Sequence record: MN478377.1
DNA length: 32,000 nt
Strand: one strand, 5' to 3'
Source: Bacteriophage Eos
Shown here: piece by piece, positions 24,013 to 32,000 of the stretch
Layout: every line of letters starts with the position of its first letter
How positions within the stretch are numbered: position 1 is the stretch's first letter
The notes under the pieces: generated by a model
Databases searched by the model: none
What the model saw: the letters and a program-made list of their open reading frames with translations, nothing else
What the model was told of the DNA's origin: nothing
Made by a program: the position numbers and the translations under genes

Positions 24013-24045
24013 AGGGTCTTCAGCACGAGATACGCCGAAGACCCT
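24013..24045 (-). terminator. intrinsic terminator of minus-strand small-gene cluster
   Basis: minus strand: AGGGTCTTC-ggcgtatctcgtgct-GAAGACCCTTTTCC. Confidence 0.8.
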
Positions 24046-24063
24046 CTGGAAGAACTCACGAGA

Positions 24064-24615
24064 TTAGTCGCAAGATGGGGAGAAACTTGAACCGCCGCAA
24101 TCATAAGAAGATGGAGACGTATCGTACGCTGGACTTGACGCCGCGACCGCAACTGCCGTGGCTGCATACAATGGAGTGTTATCTACGATAGGGGACGACG
24201 CCATATGGGAGGTTGACGCATAACCGGACGTAGAACTGCCGCTTTTCTTACGAGCATTGGCCGCACGTTGGTCGTTGTCTTCTTTGACTTTCTGTTTAGA
24301 CGGACCTGCCGCGTTTTTACGAACCGGAAGTTTTGCCGTACCTGGCTTAGTTGTCTTTACTCGCAAAGGAGCTACTTCCGCTTCTAGCGTTGCAATCTGT
24401 TCATCCTTATCACGACATTTCTTTTGACAGACCTCTAGCTGCTGAGCTGTACGCTTATGGGCTAGTTGTTCGTTTTCCCAGGACGCATTAGCCGCAGTAA
24501 ACTCCCATTGGCAATCCTTCAGCTTGTGGTTAAGGGTTCGGACTTTACTGGCGTAAAAAATAATCAGACCAATAAACAGTGCGATCACTACGATGAAAAA
24601 TACAGTTAATGACAT
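24064..24615 (-). CDS. N-terminal TM plus coiled-coil protein
   Basis: MSLTVFFIVVIALFIGLIIFYASKVRTLNHKLKDC...; AGGAG upstream. Confidence 0.75.
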   Translation of the reverse strand: MSLTVFFIVVIALFIGLIIFYASKVRTLNHKLKDCQWEFTAANASWENEQLAHKRTAQQLEVCQKKCRDKDEQIATLEAEVAPLRVKTTKPGTAKLPVRKNAAGPSKQKVKEDNDQRAANARKKSGSSTSGYASTSHMASSPIVDNTPLYAATAVAVAASSPAYDTSPSSYDCGGSSFSPSCD

Positions 24616-24626
24616 TTTACTCTCCT

Positions 24627-24857
24627 TTAGAGCATTTCTTTAATTTCCCGAGATTTGGGTGGGGTTGGTGGAACAGGTGGAAGCTTATAAATCTGCTGAG
24701 AAATCTCATCCAGTCGGAAGGCCACTCCATTTTCTAGCCAATCCAGTCGGTTCCTGAGTTTATCAAACTGATTCTTTGTTTGGTTGTGATTTCGGTGTTC
24801 TAATAGTAACAGTAAGAACACCATGAATAACGTCAGTGTCACAACGAATAATAGCAT
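24627..24857 (-). CDS. small one-TM protein with proline-rich tail
   Basis: MLLFVVTLTLFMVFLLLLLEHRN...LPPVPPTPPK; GGAG upstream. Confidence 0.6.
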   Translation of the reverse strand: MLLFVVTLTLFMVFLLLLLEHRNHNQTKNQFDKLRNRLDWLENGVAFRLDEISQQIYKLPPVPPTPPKSREIKEML

Positions 24858-25086
24858 TTTCTAACTCCTGTAGGCGGTGAGCATGAGTACAACGTGATAA
24901 ATAAAGTCCTTCAATATCTTTCTTAATCCTGCTAATTTGCCAAGAAGCTGATAGATATTCCTGCGCTCTTAGCTCTAGCTTAGTTTTGGAAGACTGTAGT
25001 TCTCGTTTCAAATTACGGATCGACAAAAATAAGTAGGACACAACAATCATAAAGAAGATTGTTAACGCTATGAGGGTAGTAGTCAT
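24763..25086 (-). CDS. N-terminal TM plus coiled-coil protein
   Basis: MTTTLIALTIFFMIVVSYLFLSIRNLKRELQSSKTKLELR... Confidence 0.65.
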   Translation of the reverse strand: MTTTLIALTIFFMIVVSYLFLSIRNLKRELQSSKTKLELRAQEYLSASWQISRIKKDIEGLYLSRCTHAHRLQELENAIIRCDTDVIHGVLTVTIRTPKSQPNKESV

Positions 25087-25111
25087 TTTCGTTTCTCTTA
25101 TAAATTTTCGA

Positions 25112-25354
25112 TTATTTATTATAAGCTCTGGAGTTTTTCCTGAATCGATCGGCTTTTGAAACCGAAGAATTTGGAAATTTTCTCAACTCTCGACGACAAG
25201 AATTTAATTCTAGCTGCGTTTCGATATAGACTCCTCTAAGCCTGTGCACCTCGTCTACCTCTTTGGATAGTTTACGATATGCGAAGATTAAGTTGGCTGC
25301 CAGAATAACCGTTGTCAGGATAAAGAACGCTAAGAATAGTTCGATCATAACCAC
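25112..25354 (-). CDS. small one-TM protein
   Basis: MVMIELFLAFFILTTVILAANLIFAYRKLSKEVDEVHRLRG... Confidence 0.65.
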   Translation of the reverse strand: MVMIELFLAFFILTTVILAANLIFAYRKLSKEVDEVHRLRGVYIETQLELNSCRRELRKFPNSSVSKADRFRKNSRAYNK

Positions 25355-25461
25355 CCCGCCATAGCTGCGATAAACAGACCTACGATAATGAGGAAGATTA
25401 CGAATCCAAACCCGAAGCTGTTTACCCAGGATTCATAGACCTCGCCACGTTTATTACTCAT
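25345..25461 (-). CDS. small one-TM protein (38 aa)
   Basis: internal ATG with TAGGAGGAG upstream: MSNKRGEVYESWVNSFGFGFVIFLIIVGLFIAAMAGWL; track ORF start 25551 is too long. Confidence 0.65.
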   Translation of the reverse strand: MSNKRGEVYESWVNSFGFGFVIFLIIVGLFIAAMAGWL

Positions 25462-25498
25462 TCTAGCTCCTCCTATGGAGTGAAAATTAAAAATGTTG

Positions 25499-25527
25499 TT
25501 GAATCTTGTTAATCTTTCCAATATAAT
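25499..25527 (+). promoter_or_regulatory. candidate promoter for late genes
   Basis: TTGAAT, 17 bp, TATAAT. Confidence 0.5.
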
Positions 25528-25584
25528 AATATTATATAAAATTTTAATCAATTAAGCAAATGCTATTTTAAAGGAGCGTGACTT

Positions 25585-27627
25585 ATGAGCTTTTTCGCAG
25601 GTAAAATAGGAACCAAGAGTGTTCTATCCCTGAATTCTGCATCAGGTACTGGGAATACACCTACCAATCATAACGTCCCCGATACTAATACAATCTTCCA
25701 CAGTGATATGCCTTATGTTCTGGTGCAGGAAGAGTACTCAGCTGCACTCACTAATGCGGGTAATGACTATTTTGTATGCAATTTACCAGCGGCTATTGTT
25801 AACTATGTAAGCAATAGCTCTAGAATTATTATCCCTATGTTAACGGTAAACCATGGTGGTGTAGAGAAGCACACCATTCTTAGTGGTGGGTCAATGTCTT
25901 TAGGTAACTGTACAGCAGGATCTCTAGCAATTGACATTGGTAACGAATGGGGGCAAGCAGATACTGGTAGTCAGATCAGAAATATCTGGCAATTTTCTAA
26001 CGATCTTACTTTTGATACTGGATATTACACTAAATCATCTGCGCTTACAGATGTTCAAAGTATTGGTTTAGGCACGGGTAGATCTATTGATGTTATGTCG
26101 GCTAGCTTGTATTTTAATAGGGTTCAATCACCGGGTCAAGGTATTCCTCCTATTCCCGATGTAGATCAATCTTATATGTTCTTTGCTAGCGGGCAGATCT
26201 ATGGAGGTAGGATTGGTATCAGATCTGACGGAAAAATTATTTATGCAGATGGTGATGTCTTCTATAATCAAAGGATCGGGTCTGTCACTAGAACTATTGA
26301 GATTAATAGACACTATGTACCTCCGACAGGTCGTAGTCTAGGACATAATAAGTTCTTTGTACGAAGAGGGATTCCTGCGATTACTAAAGCATGGCGTGTA
26401 CGTTATGAGCAGGCTGCCACTACAACTGAGACAGTTATACAGCGCACTCAAAATAGATTCTATCCTCAGTCTGGCAGTACGGGAGATGAAGTTTGGCTAA
26501 GAACTTCTGTACACCATAATCTTAATACTTTAATAGCACCAGATACTTCAGGTACTTATTTGAATGTGGATTATAAAGCTGGGTTATATAACCAAGCAAC
26601 CCCTGTTAGAATGACTTGGTTTGTTACTAACCTGACGTACAATGAAAGTGCTGGTACTTATTCTGCAACTAGTCCATTTACTGCTAATGGTCCTATTAAG
26701 CTGTCTCCTTCTGAATTTATTATTAACAACGTAAACGTTGGGGCTCAGAACTGGAGTTTCTTAACTCAGCTATCTTCAGGTGTTCTTAATAATGCTAACA
26801 ACCGTATAGCTATGGGTGCAAATCTAAGTAGAAGTACAGCTAAAAATGGTAGTTCTGCAGCTGCTATACCAATACCGTATGTCAATGGTAATACCGAAAC
26901 CCTTCTAGGGGGTGACACTTCTGATGGCTGGTTACTACATAAACTTGCCCTATATAAGTTTAACAGAAATAACCAATGGAAAGTAGACACTAGAACTAAC
27001 TCTATTGGTAATGCCGACGGAGATGTCTGGAGCCCCTCTGTTAACCCATTAAAGATATTTGCAGGTAATAGCTCAGTAGTTAACGTTGGTGGAAACCTTA
27101 TCAACACAAACACTAACGAAGTACTGCTGACTACGGTTAACTTAGGCATGAATACTAATGTTAGAGCTGGTTCGGTAATAGCCTCGGTGCAATTGAGGGA
27201 TGCTACAGTATTTACAGCGGGAGGATACGGAGCTTTTAATGGTTCAGGTCCGCAGCCAGGTAACCCTGAAACTATCGGGGTAGCAGGTACCGCTTCTAGA
27301 CTAAGAACATCTGGAGCTATAGGTGCTACGCATCATCACTCATTCTGTACTCTTCCAGTAGGTAGATTTGTACCTATTTATGCGGTTAGAACCGCGGGTT
27401 ATAATTACTCAAATACAGCAGTATTCCCTCCAGCCTGGTTTACCCCTGGTGGAGCAAGTATGGCTAATAAAAACTTGGAATGTTCTTTCCTAATCTACTT
27501 AAAAAACGAAGGAAATGGTAACGTAGGTATCTATTGTGGTACGGGCAGGAATGCGGATGCTGCTCTTATGGGTAACTTCACCTTCATTCTACCTAATTTA
27601 CGTATTTCCGTACAGCGCCTAACCTAA
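25585..27627 (+). CDS. large late protein of unknown function, possibly virion-associated
   Basis: 680-aa Asn/Gly/Ser/Thr-rich ORF with AAGGAG upstream, leading the terminase block. Confidence 0.75.
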   Translation: MSFFAGKIGTKSVLSLNSASGTGNTPTNHNVPDTNTIFHSDMPYVLVQEEYSAALTNAGNDYFVCNLPAAIVNYVSNSSRIIIPMLTVNHGGVEKHTILSGGSMSLGNCTAGSLAIDIGNEWGQADTGSQIRNIWQFSNDLTFDTGYYTKSSALTDVQSIGLGTGRSIDVMSASLYFNRVQSPGQGIPPIPDVDQSYMFFASGQIYGGRIGIRSDGKIIYADGDVFYNQRIGSVTRTIEINRHYVPPTGRSLGHNKFFVRRGIPAITKAWRVRYEQAATTTETVIQRTQNRFYPQSGSTGDEVWLRTSVHHNLNTLIAPDTSGTYLNVDYKAGLYNQATPVRMTWFVTNLTYNESAGTYSATSPFTANGPIKLSPSEFIINNVNVGAQNWSFLTQLSSGVLNNANNRIAMGANLSRSTAKNGSSAAAIPIPYVNGNTETLLGGDTSDGWLLHKLALYKFNRNNQWKVDTRTNSIGNADGDVWSPSVNPLKIFAGNSSVVNVGGNLINTNTNEVLLTTVNLGMNTNVRAGSVIASVQLRDATVFTAGGYGAFNGSGPQPGNPETIGVAGTASRLRTSGAIGATHHHSFCTLPVGRFVPIYAVRTAGYNYSNTAVFPPAWFTPGGASMANKNLECSFLIYLKNEGNGNVGIYCGTGRNADAALMGNFTFILPNLRISVQRLT

Positions 27628-27637
27628 AGGAGGATTT

Positions 27638-28108
27638 ATGGCGAATGATATTTTAGTACCAGATTTGATCTCTCCTGAAGGGATGGAGGTGATTTCTGCT
27701 TACTTAGAAAACAATAGTGACCCCAAAGCTGGGGCACTAGCTCTTGGTATGGAAGAACCAGCTTTTCGTGAGATTATGCGTCGTCCAGAAGTTAAGACGT
27801 ATCTTAATGAAATTTTTATGGAGTCCGGTTTCCGTAATCGTGATAAATTCTTTGGTATCCTAGATACTGTCCTAAATCTAAAAATGACCGAACTGGAAGA
27901 TTCTGGAATGGGGTCGGAAATGGACATTATGGATATACTCAAACTCATGCATAAAATGAAAATGGATGAGATGAAGATGCAAGTTGAGCTGGAAAAAGCT
28001 AAACAGGGGCGTGCTCCTGCAAGTCAGAATAACACCCAGATTAACATTGCAGGTGGTGGAGATAGTAACTATATGGATCTCATGACCACGTTAATGGGTA
28101 AAAAGTAA
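27638..28108 (+). CDS. terS: terminase small subunit
   Basis: 156-aa ORF with HTH-like N terminus ([32 protein letters not shown]), directly upstream of large terminase. Confidence 0.78.
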   Translation: MANDILVPDLISPEGMEVISAYLENNSDPKAGALALGMEEPAFREIMRRPEVKTYLNEIFMESGFRNRDKFFGILDTVLNLKMTELEDSGMGSEMDIMDILKLMHKMKMDEMKMQVELEKAKQGRAPASQNNTQINIAGGGDSNYMDLMTTLMGKK

Positions 28109-29425
28109 ATGGAAATTTCACGTAAGTATATAAATACTACTGATGTGGTGGATTTCGGACTTGATAAACGCTTTTTCAAACTTCCTGTGTCAGGCCTACT
28201 GGCGCAGGAGGGTATCATACCTAATGCTCCCCAGATCGCAATTATAAATGCTCTGGAAGACCCACGCCACCGTTTCGTAACTGCTTGTGTTTCACGACGT
28301 GTTGGTAAGTCCTTCATTGCATATACGTTGGGCTTCTTGAAACTACTCGAACCCAACGTTAAAGTTCTGGTAGTTGCACCAAACTACTCCCTAGCAAACA
28401 TCGGATGGTCACAAATCCGTGGCCTGATTAAGAAATACGGTCTAACAACGGAACGTGAGAACGCAAAAGATAAAGAGATTGAGCTATCTAATGGTTCTCT
28501 GTTCAAACTGGCTTCGGCAGCACAGGCTGACTCCGCAGTTGGTCGTTCATACGACTTTATTATCTTCGACGAAGCAGCGATTTCTGATGTTGGTGGCGAT
28601 GCTTTCTCTATTCAGCTACGTCCTACCTTGGATAAGCCTAACTCAAAAGCTCTGTTCATTTCCACTCCTCGTGGTGGTAACTGGTTTAAAACATTCTATG
28701 AGCAAGGATTCCGTGAAGATCTCCCTCAATGGGTCTCTATTCATGGTACGTATCGAGATAACCCACGTGTTGTTTTAGCGGATATCGAGGAAGCTCGTAA
28801 AACTGTAACAAATAACTACTTCCGTCAGGAATATGAGGCTGACTTCTCTGTATTCGAAGGACAGATCTATGATACATTCAGAACTGACCTACATGTTAAA
28901 GATCTCAAAGGTCTTGCTAATTGGTTTAAAGAAGACCACCTGTTCGAATCTCTGCTAGGTATTGACGTAGGTTATCGTGACCCTACGGCGGTTTTAACCA
29001 TCAAGTATAACTATGATGAAGACGTATACTACGTCCTAGAGGAATATCAGCAAGCCGAGCGTACTACCGCTCAACATGCTGTATATATTCAGCACTGTAT
29101 AGATCGCTATGCTATTGATCGTATCTTTGTTGACTCCGCAGCTGCCCAGTTCCGCCAAGATTTAGCTTATGAGCATGAGATCTCCTCAGCCCCCGCTAAG
29201 AAATCAGTTCTAGATGGGTTAGCATGTATCGGTGCGTTGTTCCAACAGAATAAGATTATCATTGATTCTTCTTGCACAGGATTAATCCACGCTCTGCAGA
29301 ACTATAAGTGGGACTTCCAAGAAGGGGAGGAGAAGTTATCACGTGAGAAACCACGTCATGATGCCAGTTCTCACCTTTGTGATGCTCTGCGTTACGGGAT
29401 TTACTCAATCTCCCGTGGTAAATAA
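28109..29425 (+). CDS. terL: terminase large subunit
   Basis: Walker A-like CVSRRVGKSF, Walker B YDFIIFDEAAI, coupling motif FISTPRG, nuclease Asp in LLGIDVGYRDPTAV. Confidence 0.95.
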   Translation: MEISRKYINTTDVVDFGLDKRFFKLPVSGLLAQEGIIPNAPQIAIINALEDPRHRFVTACVSRRVGKSFIAYTLGFLKLLEPNVKVLVVAPNYSLANIGWSQIRGLIKKYGLTTERENAKDKEIELSNGSLFKLASAAQADSAVGRSYDFIIFDEAAISDVGGDAFSIQLRPTLDKPNSKALFISTPRGGNWFKTFYEQGFREDLPQWVSIHGTYRDNPRVVLADIEEARKTVTNNYFRQEYEADFSVFEGQIYDTFRTDLHVKDLKGLANWFKEDHLFESLLGIDVGYRDPTAVLTIKYNYDEDVYYVLEEYQQAERTTAQHAVYIQHCIDRYAIDRIFVDSAAAQFRQDLAYEHEISSAPAKKSVLDGLACIGALFQQNKIIIDSSCTGLIHALQNYKWDFQEGEEKLSREKPRHDASSHLCDALRYGIYSISRGK

Positions 29426-29431
29426 AAAACG

Positions 29432-29475
29432 TTCCGGAACGTACAGTATTAAGACCAACTGGCGTTCCGGAATTT
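29432..29475 (+). terminator. terminator with 10-bp stem
   Basis: TTCCGGAACG-21 nt-CGTTCCGGAATTTT. Confidence 0.75.
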
Positions 29476-29603
29476 TAAAAAATGCTTTACAAATTCATGG
29501 GATGCAGTTATAATAGATTCATACCTTGAGATATCTCAGGCGAATAAGAGAAATTAACTGCAACACCCAAAGGAGTATTGTCCCGCCTAAGAGGAGAAAC
29601 ACT

Positions 29604-30077
29604 TTGGCTAGTAATACGAAGTACAAACGAGATGCAATATCAATTATGCGTGACGGAATAAAATCCCAATATAAAAGAGGAAATTGTTGCGCAATCTGCG
29701 ATGTTACCGAAGATCTCGAACTACATCACTATTCGACTGTGGCCTTGCTAGTAAAAAACTTTGCTAAAGAATTCCGTTTGGATTTCAATGATGAGGAAAC
29801 CATCCTGTCTAACAGAGATAAGTTCTACCAGAAATATTGGCATGAGCTAGTAGAGGACACGGTCACCCTATGCGTGCATCATCACCAAAAGCTTCATAAG
29901 GTGTATACTAAAGAACCCCCGCTGTTTACGGCTAAAAAGCAGAAGACTTGGGTTGAAAAACAGCGTGAGAAGATTCTAAACCCTCAAGCCGCTTCTAGTA
30001 GCGTCAAGACTGATGGGAGTGGGTTCTCGAAATTCATAGTCCCAGATTCAGGATTCGAAAGGTTTCTGACAACATGA
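29604..30077 (+). CDS. HNH endonuclease, probable TTG start
   Basis: GAGGAG then TTG at 29604; GNCCAICDVTEDLELHHYS...VTLCVHHHQKLHK HNH/Cys motifs. Confidence 0.82.
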   Translation: MASNTKYKRDAISIMRDGIKSQYKRGNCCAICDVTEDLELHHYSTVALLVKNFAKEFRLDFNDEETILSNRDKFYQKYWHELVEDTVTLCVHHHQKLHKVYTKEPPLFTAKKQKTWVEKQREKILNPQAASSSVKTDGSGFSKFIVPDSGFERFLTT

Positions 30078-31303
30078 GTATGATCAAACGTTGGGTCGCA
30101 GGAGTCTCAGAAAAACTGAACCCTGGACAAAGAATTATTCGTGACATGGAAGATGTTAGTCGAAGAACTAATATTAGGCCATATACAACAGGTGGAGCAT
30201 ATGCTACTATCGAAATATTAAACCGTACGGCGAATATGGTAATCGATAGCTCAGCAGAATGTTCTTATCGTGTTGGGGATCAATATAAAAATCTAACCAC
30301 GTATGGTACAAACGTACGTGCGGCTACGCTTAACACCTTGTTAAACGTAAGGCCAAACCCCTTCATGGACAGCTCCACTTTCCGTAGATTAATTACAGCC
30401 GATCTTCTATTTGAAGGTTGCGCATATATCCATTGGGATGGTTCCAGCTTGTACCATGTACCTGCTGCCCTAATGGAAGTCAAAGCTGATGCGAAAAAAT
30501 ATGTTCAGAAGTTTATCTTTAATAATCAAATCGAATATCGAGTTGACGAGATTATCTTCATCAAGGACAACGGCATCACTGGTGGCATGAACTCCCAAAT
30601 TACAGGTCAATCTCGAGTAGCTACTACTATTAACTCTTTAACAAAGCGCGAGAAGATGCTTAATTTTAAAGAGAAGTTCCTCGATAATGGCACAGTCATC
30701 GGACTTATTCTTGAGACCGATGAAATCTTAAACAAGAAACTGAGAGAACGAAAGCAAGAAGAAGTGCAGTTGGATTATAACCCAACCACCGGCCAATCCT
30801 CTGTTCTTATTCTAGACGGTGGGATGAAAGCCAAGCAACTTTCTCAGATCTCGTCGTTTAAAGACTTAGACTTTGAGCAGGATCTAAAACGCTTTGAATC
30901 TAGCGTTTGTGTAGCTTTTGGTGTTCCAGAGGTTCTGATTAATGGCGGTAATAACGCCAATATTAGACCTAACATCGAACTGTTCTACTATATGACTATT
31001 GTTCCTATGCTGAACAAAGTTACCAGCTCATTATCCTTCTTCTTCGGTTTCAAAATAACGCCCAACACAAAAGACGTTATCGCATTGACACCGGATAAAG
31101 ATAAGGAATCTAAGTATGTTTCCTCACTTACTAACAACGGTATCATTACAGGTAACGAAGGTCGTGAAATCCTAGGACTCGAGAAGCTCGATGATCCTCA
31201 AATGGATAAAATTCGTATCCCTGCAAACATCGCTGGTTCAGCGACTGGTGTATCTGGCCAACAAGGCGGTAGACCAACTAATGATGATAATGAGGAATCA
31301 TAA
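30074..31303 (+). CDS. portal protein
   Basis: 409-aa ORF after terminase; FKEKFLDNGTVIGLILETDEILN, SSVCVAFGVPEVLINGG motifs typical of HK97-type portals. Confidence 0.88.
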   Translation: MSMIKRWVAGVSEKLNPGQRIIRDMEDVSRRTNIRPYTTGGAYATIEILNRTANMVIDSSAECSYRVGDQYKNLTTYGTNVRAATLNTLLNVRPNPFMDSSTFRRLITADLLFEGCAYIHWDGSSLYHVPAALMEVKADAKKYVQKFIFNNQIEYRVDEIIFIKDNGITGGMNSQITGQSRVATTINSLTKREKMLNFKEKFLDNGTVIGLILETDEILNKKLRERKQEEVQLDYNPTTGQSSVLILDGGMKAKQLSQISSFKDLDFEQDLKRFESSVCVAFGVPEVLINGGNNANIRPNIELFYYMTIVPMLNKVTSSLSFFFGFKITPNTKDVIALTPDKDKESKYVSSLTNNGIITGNEGREILGLEKLDDPQMDKIRIPANIAGSATGVSGQQGGRPTNDDNEES

Positions 31304-31779
31304 TGGCTGATTTAGACAAACTTAAGGACATCTTTGGTGATAAACTACCGGAGTCCCACATCTTCTTCGCTACTACAGCGAATACAGAGTTACCGAGCTA
31401 CCAGGCAATTCGTAAGCACTTCAATGTAAGTTCTGCGGTTCCTAATCGTTTCTTATGGAAAATGCTAGTAGAGGCCTATGGATCTGCTGCACCTTCCGAA
31501 CCACTTAAGATTGATACCAACCTTCCAGCTGACTTAAACTTAGCAGATGGAGACACTATCAGCCTTAGTATTCTGGTATCGGGCGGTGAGCTTCCATACT
31601 CCTATCTGTGGTCTAAAGCCGGTACTCCAATTCCAGGTGCAACAGCATCTACATTTGAGAAAACCGGAGCTACTAGTGCAGATAATGGGAGTTACTCTGT
31701 AAAAGTTACTGATGGTGCTGGCACTCAGCTAACTTCTTCTGAGTGCGCTGTAGTTGTTGCACCTCCTGCTGAAGGTTAA
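31303..31779 (+). CDS. pb10-like capsid decoration protein with C-terminal Ig-like domain
   Basis: IFGDKLPESHIFFATTA... N-domain plus GGELPYSYLWSKAGTPIPGATASTFEKTGATSADNGSYSVKVTDGAG Ig-like domain; position next to portal as in T5. Confidence 0.87.
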   Translation: MADLDKLKDIFGDKLPESHIFFATTANTELPSYQAIRKHFNVSSAVPNRFLWKMLVEAYGSAAPSEPLKIDTNLPADLNLADGDTISLSILVSGGELPYSYLWSKAGTPIPGATASTFEKTGATSADNGSYSVKVTDGAGTQLTSSECAVVVAPPAEG

Positions 31780-31792
31780 TAGATAACAGTTG

Positions 31793-31816
31793 AGGGAGCA
31801 ATTTAGCTCCCTTTTC
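31793..31816 (+). terminator. intrinsic terminator
   Basis: AGGGAGC-aattta-GCTCCCTTTTC. Confidence 0.85.
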
Positions 31817-31877
31817 TTTCGTCTAAATAAAAGTGTGGACTAAGTGAATTAGCCGTACTAGAAATTTAAACTAGCTA

Positions 31878-31906
31878 TTGACATTCGCTCTCGGATGTGT
31901 AATAAT
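31878..31906 (+). promoter_or_regulatory. candidate promoter
   Basis: TTGACA, 17 bp, AATAAT (alternative -10 TAATAG with 19-bp spacing). Confidence 0.45.
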
Positions 31907-31966
31907 AGTTGTACATAGAGGAGATAATAATTATCTCTGTAAGTGGCAACACTCAGGAGTAAATAA

Positions 31967-32000
31967 ATGACCAATGTAGCAATTGACTATGAGAAGTTGA
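31967..32000 (+). CDS. start of next ORF, truncated by window
   Basis: ATGACCAATGTAGCAATTGACTATGAGAAG preceded by CAGGAG. Confidence 0.4.
   Translation, partial: MTNVAIDYEKL

Noticed and set aside
26766-27149. 127-aa minus-strand ORF inside the 680-aa late gene
   Set aside because: Antisense shadow of a strong coding frame; no upstream signals.
28069-28356. Minus-strand ORF, and 28455..28778 + ORF, within terL
   Set aside because: Overlap a confidently identified terminase; shadow ORFs.
1-32000. tRNA genes, which are common in T5-like early regions
   Set aside because: Intergenic gaps were read by eye and no convincing cloverleaf was seen; tRNAscan-SE would be decisive.

Overview
The window reads as part of a T5-like siphophage genome (Tequintavirus/Epseptimavirus-type, enterobacterial host). 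From left to right it contains four blocks. (1) At 1-12.4 kb is an early-region block of small, tightly packed + strand genes. It includes a T5-type L-alanyl-D-glutamate peptidase endolysin, a thioredoxin-like protein, a calcineurin-like phosphatase, a GIY-YIG/zinc-ribbon homing-endonuclease-like gene and a small P-loop protein. (2) At about 12.4-24.0 kb is the pre-early region, which in T5 is the long terminal repeat (LTR), with A2, A1 and dmp homologues. It holds large regulatory/replication-like non-coding tracts: an iteron array, DnaA boxes, an inverted pair of ori-like modules, Fur-box-like repeats and rRNA-leader-like boxA sites. (3) At 24.0-25.5 kb is a minus-strand run of small one-TM proteins. 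(4) At 25.6 kb to the end are late genes: a large unknown protein, terminase small and large subunits, HNH, portal, and pb10-like capsid decoration protein. Pre-early genes joined on one side to early genes and on the other to terminase suggests a circularised assembly in which two LTR copies have collapsed into one. The most interesting unexplained pieces are: the ten-copy 16-bp iteron array at 13.01-13.61 kb; the ~180-bp inverted module pair at ~13.82-14.00 and ~17.56-17.73 kb; an antiparallel four-gene overlapping mini-operon at 14.15-14.87 kb encoding a tiny predicted secreted peptide; boxA-like leaders at 18.42 and 18.92 kb; and a candidate ~190-nt non-coding RNA at 12.47-12.66 kb. All identifications come from reading the sequence and recalled family knowledge. 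No database search or computation was run.
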